Below are positions 7,551 to 16,001 of a stretch of 20,000 nt of DNA, piece by piece. The stretch lies in IMG/VR virus record IMGVR_UViG_3300025767_000014; one strand, 5' to 3'. The notes under the pieces are model-generated. The model saw only the letters and a program-made list of their open reading frames with translations. It had not been told where the DNA came from and made no database searches. The position numbers were made by a program, and so were the translations under genes. The DNA is from an uncultured virus (IMG/VR IMGVR_UViG_3300025767_000014). Its lineage: Duplodnaviria; Heunggongvirae; Uroviricota; Caudoviricetes. Numbering within the stretch: the stretch's first letter is position 1; every line of letters starts with the position of its first letter.

Positions 7551-9655
7551 TGACAGCAGCAAGACCAGGACAATTTACTGGCGCGACTGATAATCCCGCT
7601 AGCGGTGGACTGTTTACTGATACACTTATTGACGGTATTCCAGATCTAGTTGGCGCAGATGTTTTAGCCGCGCAAACGGCAGCAACTAATGCTGCCACAT
7701 CAGAAACTAATGCAGCTACTAGCGAAACTAATGCAGCTACTAGCGCAACCTCAGCGGCTACAAGTGCAACTGCGGCATCTACTAGTGCAACAGAAGCTGC
7801 AACAAGTGCAACAGAAGCTGCGACAAGTGCAACCAATGCTGCAGCCGACGTTGCAAGTATTGCTGGCGCAGTGGACTCAGCAGCGACTAGCGCAACTAAT
7901 GCTGCTGCATCAGAGACAGCAGCCGCCGGTAGTGCAACATCAGCAGCTACAAGTGCGACTAGTGCTACAACACAAGCAAACACGGCCGTAACATCTGCGT
8001 CTGCGGCAAGTAACTCAGCAACTGCTGCAGCTACTAGTGCAACTAACTCGGCTAACTCTGCTACGGCTTCAGCTTCTTCAGCTACGTCTGCTGCAACCTC
8101 TGCTACTAATGCAAGTAATTCAGCAAGTGCTGCGGCCACCTCGGCAACAAGCGCTGCTAATGCACAAACAGCAGCAGAAACTGCAGAGACAAATGCAGAA
8201 ACTGCAGAAACAAATGCAGCATCTTCAGCAAGCGCAGCAGCAACTAGTGCTACTAATGCAGCCACAAGTGCTACTAATGCAGCCACAAGTGCTACTAGCG
8301 CAGGTAATAGTGCTACTGCTGCAGCTACAAGCGCAACAAATGCAAGTACCTCAGCTACTGCAGCTGCTGCTTCGGAAGCTGCTGCTGCAGGTTACGTAGA
8401 TAACTTTGATGACAAGTACCTTGGTGCTAAGACATCAGATCCAACTGTTGACAATGATGGTGACCCTTTAACTGATGGTGCATTGTATTACAATACAACT
8501 GACAACCGCATGAAGGTATACGATCTTGGAACTACTACTTGGTTGTTTCTAGCTCCTACTAATGCAGAGCAAACAAACATCAATACAGTAGCAAATGATA
8601 TCACTAATGTGAATACTGTTGCTACTAACATTACAGATGTAAATAACTTTGCAGATACATATTTTATTTCAGCAACGGCACCAGGCAGCCCAACTGAAGG
8701 TGATTTATGGTTTGATACATCAACAGATACTATGAAAGTTTATAATGGGGGTAGCTGGCAAAATGCAGGCTCCTCGGTAAACGGAACAAGTCAAAGATAT
8801 AATTATACAGTAGGTACGGCAAGTGGAACCTATACCGGTTCAACTACAGTATTTCCTGCTATATATGATGTAGGATTTGTAGATGTATATCTTAATGGTA
8901 TTAAACTAGTAGTGTCAGATGATTTTACTGCAACTAATGGATCTTCAATTGTTTTAGCTACGGCTGCAAGTTCTGGAGATTCAGTTAATATTATTGGGTA
9001 TGGAACATTTAGTTTAGCTAATGTAGATGCTGTAACCCTTGATGGTATAGATAGCACACAGTTCCTTCGTAGCGATGTAGCCACCACAGCCACAGGTATA
9101 ACAGTCACAGGCACGGTGGCGGCTGAAGTTTTAAGTTTGAATGGCTCTGCTAACACTTTATTACAACTTGAAAGCACTGATTCTTTTGCTGGATTATCAA
9201 TGGCAGATACAACTGGGTCTGTTGTAATGCAAACTGCCAATGGTTATGTTAGGTTTCTAACAGGTGGTGACGCTAGTACTGCTGGCGTTAATGCCGCAGA
9301 AGCAATGCGTATCGACAGCAGCGGCAAAGTAACAATTAATAAAACAGCTGTTGCTGGTTCACAAACTGCTAGTATTACTGGAAGCACAACGCTGGACTTT
9401 GGAACATACCAAAACTTTATCTTAACACTAACAGGTAACATTACACTAGATAATCCTACAACAGAACAAGTAGGACAGTCAGGTTTTATTACATTCATTC
9501 AAACAGGTGGCTACACGGTATCTCTTGGAACAGACTACGAGACTGCTGGTGGGGCCGGTATTACACTCTCTGCTAGTGGAACGGATGTAGTTCCGTACAT
9601 CGTAGCAGCTTCAGGACGTATCCTACTAGGCGCACCACAACTTGCATTTGCATAA
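7550..9655 (+). CDS. Long tail fibre protein
   Basis: 701 aa, TAATG-coupled to the adaptor. About 240 aa of Ala/Thr/Ser heptads, then FDDKYLGAK..DPTVDNDGDPLTDGALYY, GDLWFD, a VDVYLNG domain, LDGIDSTQFLRSD, MRIDSSG, and a C-terminal domain with NFILTLTGNITLDNP. Confidence 0.88.
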   Translation: MTAARPGQFTGATDNPASGGLFTDTLIDGIPDLVGADVLAAQTAATNAATSETNAATSETNAATSATSAATSATAASTSATEAATSATEAATSATNAAADVASIAGAVDSAATSATNAAASETAAAGSATSAATSATSATTQANTAVTSASAASNSATAAATSATNSANSATASASSATSAATSATNASNSASAAATSATSAANAQTAAETAETNAETAETNAASSASAAATSATNAATSATNAATSATSAGNSATAAATSATNASTSATAAAASEAAAAGYVDNFDDKYLGAKTSDPTVDNDGDPLTDGALYYNTTDNRMKVYDLGTTTWLFLAPTNAEQTNINTVANDITNVNTVATNITDVNNFADTYFISATAPGSPTEGDLWFDTSTDTMKVYNGGSWQNAGSSVNGTSQRYNYTVGTASGTYTGSTTVFPAIYDVGFVDVYLNGIKLVVSDDFTATNGSSIVLATAASSGDSVNIIGYGTFSLANVDAVTLDGIDSTQFLRSDVATTATGITVTGTVAAEVLSLNGSANTLLQLESTDSFAGLSMADTTGSVVMQTANGYVRFLTGGDASTAGVNAAEAMRIDSSGKVTINKTAVAGSQTASITGSTTLDFGTYQNFILTLTGNITLDNPTTEQVGQSGFITFIQTGGYTVSLGTDYETAGGAGITLSASGTDVVPYIVAASGRILLGAPQLAFA
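7670..8390 (+). repeat. Degenerate 21-nt (heptad) tandem repeat array within the tail fibre
   Basis: Exact duplications: GAAACTAATGCAGCTACTAGC x2 (7703-7744) and AGTGCTACTAATGCAGCCACA x2 (8246-8287). Encodes SATNAAT/SETNAAT-like heptads. Confidence 0.9.
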
Positions 9656-9667
9656 GGAGATTGAACT

Positions 9668-12181
9668 ATGAGTATTGTTGGTTCAGAACAATGGATGTAT
9701 AATGCTGGTGGCGATTTCTATCCATACACGATAGACCAATCTCTACGGTTCGATGCTGGGGGAAGCTCTTACCTAGAAAAGACGTTCGGCGCGACAGGCA
9801 ACGCTAAGACTTTCACCATCAGCTTTTGGTGGAAGCGGAGCCGTACCGACACAGCGGAATACTTATTTGCTGGTGGTAATGACGTAAACGACCGATTTCA
9901 TATGGACATCAACGCCAGTGGTACGTTTCAGATTGAGGCCAAGAATGGCGGCTCACAAGCTCTCAAGATGGAGGGCGGTCCTGTACTGCGGGATGTCAGT
10001 GCGTGGTATCACTTTGTGCTGCGTGTTGACACAACACAAGCTACTGCGTCTGACCGTGTTAGGCTCTACAAGAACGGTGAGTTGCTAACATTTAACAGTA
10101 ACAGCTACCCATCTCAGAATACAAACTTGAACTGGAACGTCAACGACCAAGTACGAATCGGGCGGTCTGGGTGGGCCACTGATTATTTCTCTGGCTATAT
10201 GGCTGAGTTTATTAACGTGGACGGTCAGTCACTTGGCCCAGACAGCTTTGGTGAGTTTAAGTCAGGCATATGGATTCCATCCGATTACAGCGGCAGTTAC
10301 GGCACTAACGGATTCAAACTGGCGTTTCAGGATAGCGCCGCATTGGGTGACGACACAAGCGGTAATGGTCACGATTTCACAAGCAGTGGCTTGGCTGCAC
10401 ACGACCAGATGCCAGACAGCCCAACTAATAACTTCCCGACATTTCCAAAACTAGCACTTAAAGGTGCAGGGCATACACAGCATCTACAAGGTAATCTGCA
10501 ACTCTACCAGCCATCTTGGGGTGGTTGGGACGTACGCATAGCAAGCAGTAATATGCCAGCATCAGGAAAATACTATTGGGAAGTATATCCAGCGCAAGGA
10601 AACTTTCCTTTTGGTCAGGGTGGCTTTACGCTTCAGTTTGCCAACATTCGTGGCAATGAGAATATGTCAGGCTTTCCCCAATTTGGTGCGCCACTGGCGT
10701 ACTTCTATGGCGGTGGAATGGGTGAGTACCGTGTAAATCCCGGATGGGTAAATTATACTCGTAGCGGTAGTTTTGCTTACACGGTAAATAGCACGGTCTT
10801 TCAGGTGGCTGTTGATTGTGATAACAATAAGTTATGGTACGGCATTAATAACTCTTGGATGGGTGTGAGTGGTACAACAGTCACGGCAGGTACAGGCAAC
10901 CCTGCAACTGGTTCTAATGGTCAGGCAATTGCTGGTGATGTTACTGATTATGTCTTTGCGGCACAGTGTGCTGACCAAACAACATCATGTCGTCTTGGCA
11001 TTAACTTTGGGCAAGACAGCACATTTGCTGGCTACAAGACTGCTGGCGGCAACGCTGATGAGAACGGCTACGGTGACTTTGCCTATGCACCACCGTCTGG
11101 CTTTGTTACCTTGTGTTCACAGAATATGCCGACAGGTGCTATCAACACGCTGGCTGATGAAACGCCAGAGGATTATTTTAATACGGTGTTGTATACTGGG
11201 ACAGGCGCAAACAATAGTATTACTGGCGTTGGTTTTCAGACTGACTTTTTGTGGTTGAAGCAACGTAATGCGGTTGATAATCATGTACTTTTTGATGTTG
11301 TTCGCGGTGGCCCATCAAACGAACTCTATGCAAATTTAACAAACGCAGAAGCCGCATCAACTGGTGCATTAATATCATACGACAGTGACGGCTTTACTTT
11401 AGGTGCTAGTGGTGATTTAGGTCGCTACAACGAAAACGGTTCAACCTACGCCGCTTGGAACTGGAAAGCTGGCGGCACAGGCGTATCCAACACCGATGGC
11501 AGTATTACCAGCACAGTGAGTGCGGGTGCTACTAGCCAGCAGAACTGGTTTAGTATTTCACAGTACACTGGAACTGGGTCTTCTATGACTTTTGGACACG
11601 GCTTGGGCGTTAAGCCAGATTTGTTTATAGTTAAGAAAACTAATAGTTCTGATGAATGGATTGTTTATCCATTAGGTGCGACAGGTAATCTTACTCAATA
11701 CTTGAAACTGCACTCGACTACTGGTTACACAAGCGATTCTGTTTTACAAACAGCAAATAGTTCTGTGCTAGGCTTTGGTTCAAGCGGTGCAAGAAATGGA
11801 AGTGGTGACGATTACATTTGTTATGCCTTTGCAAATGCTGAAGGAATGTGCAAGGTGGGGTCATATGTGGGCAATGGGTCGTCAGATGGCTCGTTTATTA
11901 ACATAGGTTTCCGTGCTGCGTTTGTGCTGACTAAGAAGTCAAGCGCATCTGGCGAGTGGGTAATGTGGGATAACAAAAGAAGTGGTTACAATGTAGACAA
12001 TGACTTTCTTTATGCTAATGCCTCAAACTCTGAATACAACGGCGCATCATACCCCCGCTTAGACCTAGTATCAAACGGTTTCAAAATGAGGGACAATAGC
12101 GCAGATACTAATGGTTCTGGCGCAACCTACATCTACTTAGCCATAGCCGAACAACCATTCAAATACGCAAACGCGAGGTAA
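9668..12181 (+). CDS. Tail fibre / receptor-binding protein with LamG (concanavalin-like) and SPRY-like domains
   Basis: AAGGAG SD, 837 aa. LamG-like segments IDQSLRF, FTISFWWKRS and RDVSAWYHFVLRVDTTQ. SPRY-like segments SGKYYWEV and VAVDCDNNKLWYG. C-terminal repeats of the FNTVLYTGTG / ITGVGFQTDFLWLK type. Confidence 0.8.
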   Translation: MSIVGSEQWMYNAGGDFYPYTIDQSLRFDAGGSSYLEKTFGATGNAKTFTISFWWKRSRTDTAEYLFAGGNDVNDRFHMDINASGTFQIEAKNGGSQALKMEGGPVLRDVSAWYHFVLRVDTTQATASDRVRLYKNGELLTFNSNSYPSQNTNLNWNVNDQVRIGRSGWATDYFSGYMAEFINVDGQSLGPDSFGEFKSGIWIPSDYSGSYGTNGFKLAFQDSAALGDDTSGNGHDFTSSGLAAHDQMPDSPTNNFPTFPKLALKGAGHTQHLQGNLQLYQPSWGGWDVRIASSNMPASGKYYWEVYPAQGNFPFGQGGFTLQFANIRGNENMSGFPQFGAPLAYFYGGGMGEYRVNPGWVNYTRSGSFAYTVNSTVFQVAVDCDNNKLWYGINNSWMGVSGTTVTAGTGNPATGSNGQAIAGDVTDYVFAAQCADQTTSCRLGINFGQDSTFAGYKTAGGNADENGYGDFAYAPPSGFVTLCSQNMPTGAINTLADETPEDYFNTVLYTGTGANNSITGVGFQTDFLWLKQRNAVDNHVLFDVVRGGPSNELYANLTNAEAASTGALISYDSDGFTLGASGDLGRYNENGSTYAAWNWKAGGTGVSNTDGSITSTVSAGATSQQNWFSISQYTGTGSSMTFGHGLGVKPDLFIVKKTNSSDEWIVYPLGATGNLTQYLKLHSTTGYTSDSVLQTANSSVLGFGSSGARNGSGDDYICYAFANAEGMCKVGSYVGNGSSDGSFINIGFRAAFVLTKKSSASGEWVMWDNKRSGYNVDNDFLYANASNSEYNGASYPRLDLVSNGFKMRDNSADTNGSGATYIYLAIAEQPFKYANAR

Positions 12182-12185
12182 TATT

Positions 12186-12737
12186 ATGTGGACTTATTTA
12201 GGAAAACGAATAAGAGAAGGACGGAGTTGGAAAGACTCTGACGGTATTACCCACCCAACCTCGTGGGGACGGTGGAGTGATACTGAGAAAACTAATAAGG
12301 GGATGGTGTGGGTTGAACCTGCACCCTCCTTTGACAACCGCTTCTGGTGGGATGCAGATACACCAAAGGCTTTGGATGATGTCAACGAGGTGGACGAAGA
12401 CGGTAATCCTGTGTTGGACATTGACGGTGAGCAACTTGTCACACTAGGTTTGAAATCACAGTGGAAAGCCACCGTCAAAGCACAGGCTGGTGGCTTGCTT
12501 GAGCCGACAGACTGGATGGTAATCAAAGCTAGTGAGGTTACAGACTATTCCGTACCTACTGATATCTTAACTTATCGTGCGGATGTTCGTACTGCTAGTA
12601 ATACAATTGAAGCTGCTATTGATTCAGCATCTGATCATTCATCGTTTATTGCTTTGTTTGATTCACCAACAGACGATGATGGTATTCCAACTGGTAATGC
12701 ACCAATATCTAACTGGCCACAGGAGATTACGCAATGA
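12186..12737 (+). CDS. Putative tail fibre assembly chaperone
   Basis: 183 aa. The motif LLEPTDWMVIK...YRADVR resembles the LL..TDW...YRQ.LR motif of tail fibre assembly chaperones. Directly follows the fibre gene. Confidence 0.65.
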   Translation: MWTYLGKRIREGRSWKDSDGITHPTSWGRWSDTEKTNKGMVWVEPAPSFDNRFWWDADTPKALDDVNEVDEDGNPVLDIDGEQLVTLGLKSQWKATVKAQAGGLLEPTDWMVIKASEVTDYSVPTDILTYRADVRTASNTIEAAIDSASDHSSFIALFDSPTDDDGIPTGNAPISNWPQEITQ

Positions 12738-12949
12738 GCAAGGCAAGAAACTTAGCAGACCTTATTAGTGGTAATTACGATGTACCAGCAAGTTCGCTTG
12801 GCAACGTACAGGCTTTTCCAACCAACTGGACTGCTTCACTTAGTGGCTCAGATATGGTGTTCTCTTATAGCGGAACAGCTAAAGTAAAGATTGCTACTGA
12901 TGGTTCTGTTACAGCCACTGATGACGTTACAGCATTTGGGAGTGTATAA
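12734..12949 (+). CDS. Miniature tail-fibre segment (71 aa)
   Basis: AGGAG SD, ATGA overlap. Has the MSKARNLAD N-terminal motif and a GSVTATDDVTAF fibre-tip-like C-terminus. Confidence 0.7.
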   Translation: MSKARNLADLISGNYDVPASSLGNVQAFPTNWTASLSGSDMVFSYSGTAKVKIATDGSVTATDDVTAFGSV

Positions 12950-12951
12950 TT

Positions 12952-14142
12952 ATGCCAGCTATCCCTAACTCTGGAGCTATATCACTAGCTGATTTTGCCA
13001 CTGAGTTTGGTGGCACAGCACCACATAGTATGTCTGAATACTACAGAGATGGTGGTAATGTTCCATCAAACAACTCTAACGTACCTACTGCTGGAGCATT
13101 TCGCTTTGGTCATATGCGTGGCGCTATCAATGCAATCATCAATACACTAGCAAACACAACTAACGTAAACCTTGCTACCGTGTTTGGTGACAACTGGGCA
13201 AGCTCAGTACCCAAAGAAATCATCATACCATCAGGCGTAACTATTGGCGGCACAGGCTCATCTGATGCGCTTACAGCACCTAGTGGCATGGGTGGTACAC
13301 TGACAATCACGAACGCTGGTAGTGTTATCGGCTTTGGTGGAACATCAGGCGGTAACGGTGGCAACGCTATTCGTATTGCTTCTAGTGGAGTTACTGTGAC
13401 TAACTCTGGCCTCATCGCTGGCGGTGGTGGAGCAGGGGGAAATGGTGGTAACGGAGGAACTGGTGGTGCTGGTGGTGCTGGTGGATACACTTGGCCTGTA
13501 GGCAGTTTCTTTACACTTAGTTGTACTAATTATATTTCTGGACCTGCCTCGAACCACAAAGTACGAGGTCCTAATAACGGTTGCTGCTCTATGTGTGAAT
13601 TAACTAGGTGGAATTGGTATAATGTTGGCTCATTGGTTGCAGGAGCATCAGGAGGTGCTGGGGGTGCTGGTGGTGCTGGCGGTAATGGCGGCAACGGTGC
13701 TGGTTACAACCAATCCGCAGCTAGTGGTTCTGCTGGCTTATCTGGTTCATCTGGAAACTCTGGTGCTAGTGGAGGGGGTGTAAGCTCTACTATTGGCTCA
13801 GCCTCAATAGGTAACGGTGGTGCTGGCGGTAATGGAGGCACTGGAGGCACTGGAGGAAATGGTAGTGCTTATGGCGTTTCAGGTACTGGTGGCTCTAGCG
13901 GAACTTCTGGCTCGAATGGTGGCACTGGTGGTCAGGGTCGATGGGATTGGGATAACGCAAGGTCTACAAAACCGGGGGATGGTCAATACGGCGGTTTAAC
14001 TCAGCGTTTTAGTAATGGTAGCTCTGGCTCTGGAGGTTCTTCTGGTGCATCAGGTGGTGCTGGTGGTAACGCAGGGGCGGCAGTTATTTACACTGCAGCC
14101 TACACAATGAACAACACAGGCACACTTGCAGGAGCAGCATAA
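12952..14142 (+). CDS. Glycine-rich tail-tip adhesin-like protein (polyglycine, T-even gp38-like architecture)
   Basis: 396 aa. N-terminus SGAISLADFATEFGG..PHSMSEYY, then ITNAGSVIGFGG, GGNAI and IAGGGGAGG. Long GGxGGx tracts are interrupted by non-repetitive aromatic loops. Confidence 0.75.
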   Translation: MPAIPNSGAISLADFATEFGGTAPHSMSEYYRDGGNVPSNNSNVPTAGAFRFGHMRGAINAIINTLANTTNVNLATVFGDNWASSVPKEIIIPSGVTIGGTGSSDALTAPSGMGGTLTITNAGSVIGFGGTSGGNGGNAIRIASSGVTVTNSGLIAGGGGAGGNGGNGGTGGAGGAGGYTWPVGSFFTLSCTNYISGPASNHKVRGPNNGCCSMCELTRWNWYNVGSLVAGASGGAGGAGGAGGNGGNGAGYNQSAASGSAGLSGSSGNSGASGGGVSSTIGSASIGNGGAGGNGGTGGTGGNGSAYGVSGTGGSSGTSGSNGGTGGQGRWDWDNARSTKPGDGQYGGLTQRFSNGSSGSGGSSGASGGAGGNAGAAVIYTAAYTMNNTGTLAGAA

Positions 14143-14282
14143 TGACAAGCGAAGAACGTATGGCTATATGCAAAAGCTGTGAGTGGCTAAGGCCAGTAAT
14201 AAATCAGTGCAAGAAATGTGGGTGCTTTATGAACTTAAAGACCAAGATTAAATCAACTAAATGTCCGATGAGGAAATGGTAA
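14142..14282 (+). CDS. Small Cys-rich protein (46 aa, DUF6171-like; not in ORF track)
   Basis: AGGAG SD and TAATG overlaps at both ends. Translates MTSEERMAICKSCEWLRPVINQCKKCGCFMNLKTKIKSTKCPMRKW, with six Cys (CxxC...CxxCxC...CP..KW). Confidence 0.85.
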   Translation: MTSEERMAICKSCEWLRPVINQCKKCGCFMNLKTKIKSTKCPMRKW

Positions 14283-14653
14283 TGAGTGATTATACAATAG
14301 AAAAAATTCACGATGATGGAAACGTAGATGTAAGATTCCCTGATGGCTCTTGGGCTAGAATCAAAACATCAGATGCAATGTCTCAGGAACAGTTTGATGC
14401 CGAAGTTTGGAATTATAAACCTGCACCAACGACTTCAGCACCCAGCTTTTTAAGAGAAAACGGAACTGGAACAGCGTCACCATTACCTGTTGGTGGCTTT
14501 GATGATGAGGAAATAGTAAATCCTCAATGGCTAGATGACCGACTAGATGCTTATGGTTTAGTTAACGCACAGCTTGAGTACATAACAGAGAATGGAATAG
14601 AGGCATGGCAAGCACACGTAGCGGAAATCAAAGCGATGTATCCGAAGGAATAA
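14282..14653 (+). CDS. Tail-fibre-associated (chaperone-like) protein
   Basis: Start reassigned to ATG 14282 (GAGGA SD, TAATG coupling), 123 aa. The C-terminal R..AY.....QLEYI...G..AW......IK..YPK motif is typical of ORFs next to marine phage fibre genes. Confidence 0.7.
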   Translation: MSDYTIEKIHDDGNVDVRFPDGSWARIKTSDAMSQEQFDAEVWNYKPAPTTSAPSFLRENGTGTASPLPVGGFDDEEIVNPQWLDDRLDAYGLVNAQLEYITENGIEAWQAHVAEIKAMYPKE

Positions 14654-15111
14654 CAGACTTCTATAACTGTATGCTTGATGGTTCATACAAAGGTTTCTTT
14701 CCAGACTATGAAGCATACGTTACAAGACAGGTACTAAGAGTAAAGAGGTTTTATAAAGGCGGTAATGTTTTATCAGTAGGATGCGGAACAGGCGACATAG
14801 AGGCCAGGTTACCAATGCCTGTTGTTTGTTATGACATCCACGATGCAGCAAAAGTATTACACCCTGAGTTAGACTTTAGGTACGAATGGCCTGATGAGAA
14901 GTTTGAATTAGTTTTATGTATAGGATCTGTGCTACCTTATGTTCCAACCAATGAGCAAAAAATTTTAGTAGACCGGATGGTTAACACAACAACTGCGGAT
15001 GGTATGGTTTTAATTACAGGACTAAACAACAAAGGTGAAGAGCAAGACATTGTTACTGAGTACATATATCCTGTTGAATACCCAAGCCACCCTAAAATAA
15101 AGGTAATATAA
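14605..15111 (+). CDS. Class I SAM-dependent methyltransferase (start uncertain: 14605 or 14671)
   Basis: Motif I VLSVGCGTGD, acidic end of strand 2 VVCYDI, motif II KFELVLC followed by SVLPYV, motif III DGMVLI. No DPPY/NPPY or PC motif, so not a typical DNA methyltransferase. Confidence 0.75.
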   Translation: MASTRSGNQSDVSEGITDFYNCMLDGSYKGFFPDYEAYVTRQVLRVKRFYKGGNVLSVGCGTGDIEARLPMPVVCYDIHDAAKVLHPELDFRYEWPDEKFELVLCIGSVLPYVPTNEQKILVDRMVNTTTADGMVLITGLNNKGEEQDIVTEYIYPVEYPSHPKIKVI

Positions 15112-15314
15112 TGAAAACAGAACAGAGGCTAGTACCTGAACTTAAAGTACAAATGGAGCTAGAGGCTCACGAAAAAGAATGTGCAATACGATACCAAATG
15201 GTTAATGATAAACTTGAAAGTTTAGACAAACGAATGTGGCGACTAGAGGCAATGATTATGATATCAACGGCATCTATGATTGGCCTAGCCGTAATGCTTA
15301 TAACACAGCTATGA
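15111..15314 (+). CDS. Small coiled-coil protein with C-terminal transmembrane helix
   Basis: AAGG SD, TAATG coupling. LEAHEKECAIRY...LDKRMWRLE followed by about 20 hydrophobic residues. Confidence 0.75.
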   Translation: MKTEQRLVPELKVQMELEAHEKECAIRYQMVNDKLESLDKRMWRLEAMIMISTASMIGLAVMLITQL

Positions 15315-15538
15315 CGCATGTATTCCTGCTCTTAGTGTATCTGGGGACGGGTGAAACAAGAAAACTAACTAGCGCAGATATGTACTTTTATAATATAAAC
15401 GAGTGCCTTTATTTTGCTAGTCAAGTTTCTAAACAATACGGTAACTATAAATATAATGATTACGTCAATGCAAAGGATCGAGTGACAGCCTATTGTATTC
15501 CAAAATACATTAATATAGAAAATGTGAGGGTATACTAA
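15311..15538 (+). CDS. Small hypothetical protein, hydrophobic N-terminus, two Cys
   Basis: The ATGA overlap at 15311-15314 favours the start MTHVFLLLVYLG. 75 aa, F.NINEC...AYCIP. Confidence 0.7.
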   Translation: MTHVFLLLVYLGTGETRKLTSADMYFYNINECLYFASQVSKQYGNYKYNDYVNAKDRVTAYCIPKYINIENVRVY

Positions 15539-15991
15539 ATGATCGACCCAGTGTCAGCTTTCGCCGCCTTATCTGCAGGGCATTCCGCAATTAAAAAAGG
15601 TATAGAGATGGGGCGTGACCTTTCTACTATGAGTAATGCAGTTGCTCGTTACGCGCAAGGAGAGGCAGAACTCCAATTCGGTGCGGCAAGAAAAAAGAAA
15701 TCTAAGTTTTCTTTAGCAGAAGACTCAGCTATTGAAAAGCATTTTCGTAAAGAAAAACTAGAAGATATGCGTAATGAATTACGATCTATCTTTCAGCTTT
15801 ATGGTAAGCCCGGACAATGGGAAAGACTTCAAGCTGAGATTGCAAATGAACGTGCTGAAATTAAAAAGCAACTTGAAGAAGAGGCTGCTAAAAGAGAAAG
15901 AATTATAGCCACCATTGTAGTTACTCTATCAATAGTAATTGGTGTTGTTGGTGGATACTACTATATCAGTTGGCTTAAAGGATTATCTTAG
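15539..15991 (+). CDS. Hypothetical membrane-anchored coiled-coil protein
   Basis: GAGG SD, 150 aa. N-terminus MIDPVSAFAAL, charged helical core, C-terminal TM helix IIATIVVTLSIVIGVVGGYYYI. Confidence 0.8.
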   Translation: MIDPVSAFAALSAGHSAIKKGIEMGRDLSTMSNAVARYAQGEAELQFGAARKKKSKFSLAEDSAIEKHFRKEKLEDMRNELRSIFQLYGKPGQWERLQAEIANERAEIKKQLEEEAAKRERIIATIVVTLSIVIGVVGGYYYISWLKGLS

Positions 15992-16001
15992 GGAGGACAA
16001 A

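Noticed and set aside
7528..8286. 252-aa minus-strand ORF (ALVALVAA repeats)
   Set aside because: It is the antisense shadow of the heptad repeat in the tail fibre, with no independent coding evidence.
7670..8390. Possible CRISPR array
   Set aside because: The units are contiguous, in frame and degenerate, with no unique spacers and no cas genes.
9668..14142. Diversity-generating retroelement acting on the fibre or adhesin genes
   Set aside because: No reverse transcriptase, and I found no template/variable repeat pair with adenine-specific mismatches in this window.
14605..14653. Programmed -1 frameshift fusing the chaperone-like ORF to the methyltransferase
   Set aside because: The frames are compatible with -1, but the overlap has no X XXY YYZ slippery heptamer. 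An ordinary start at 14605 or 14671 is simpler.
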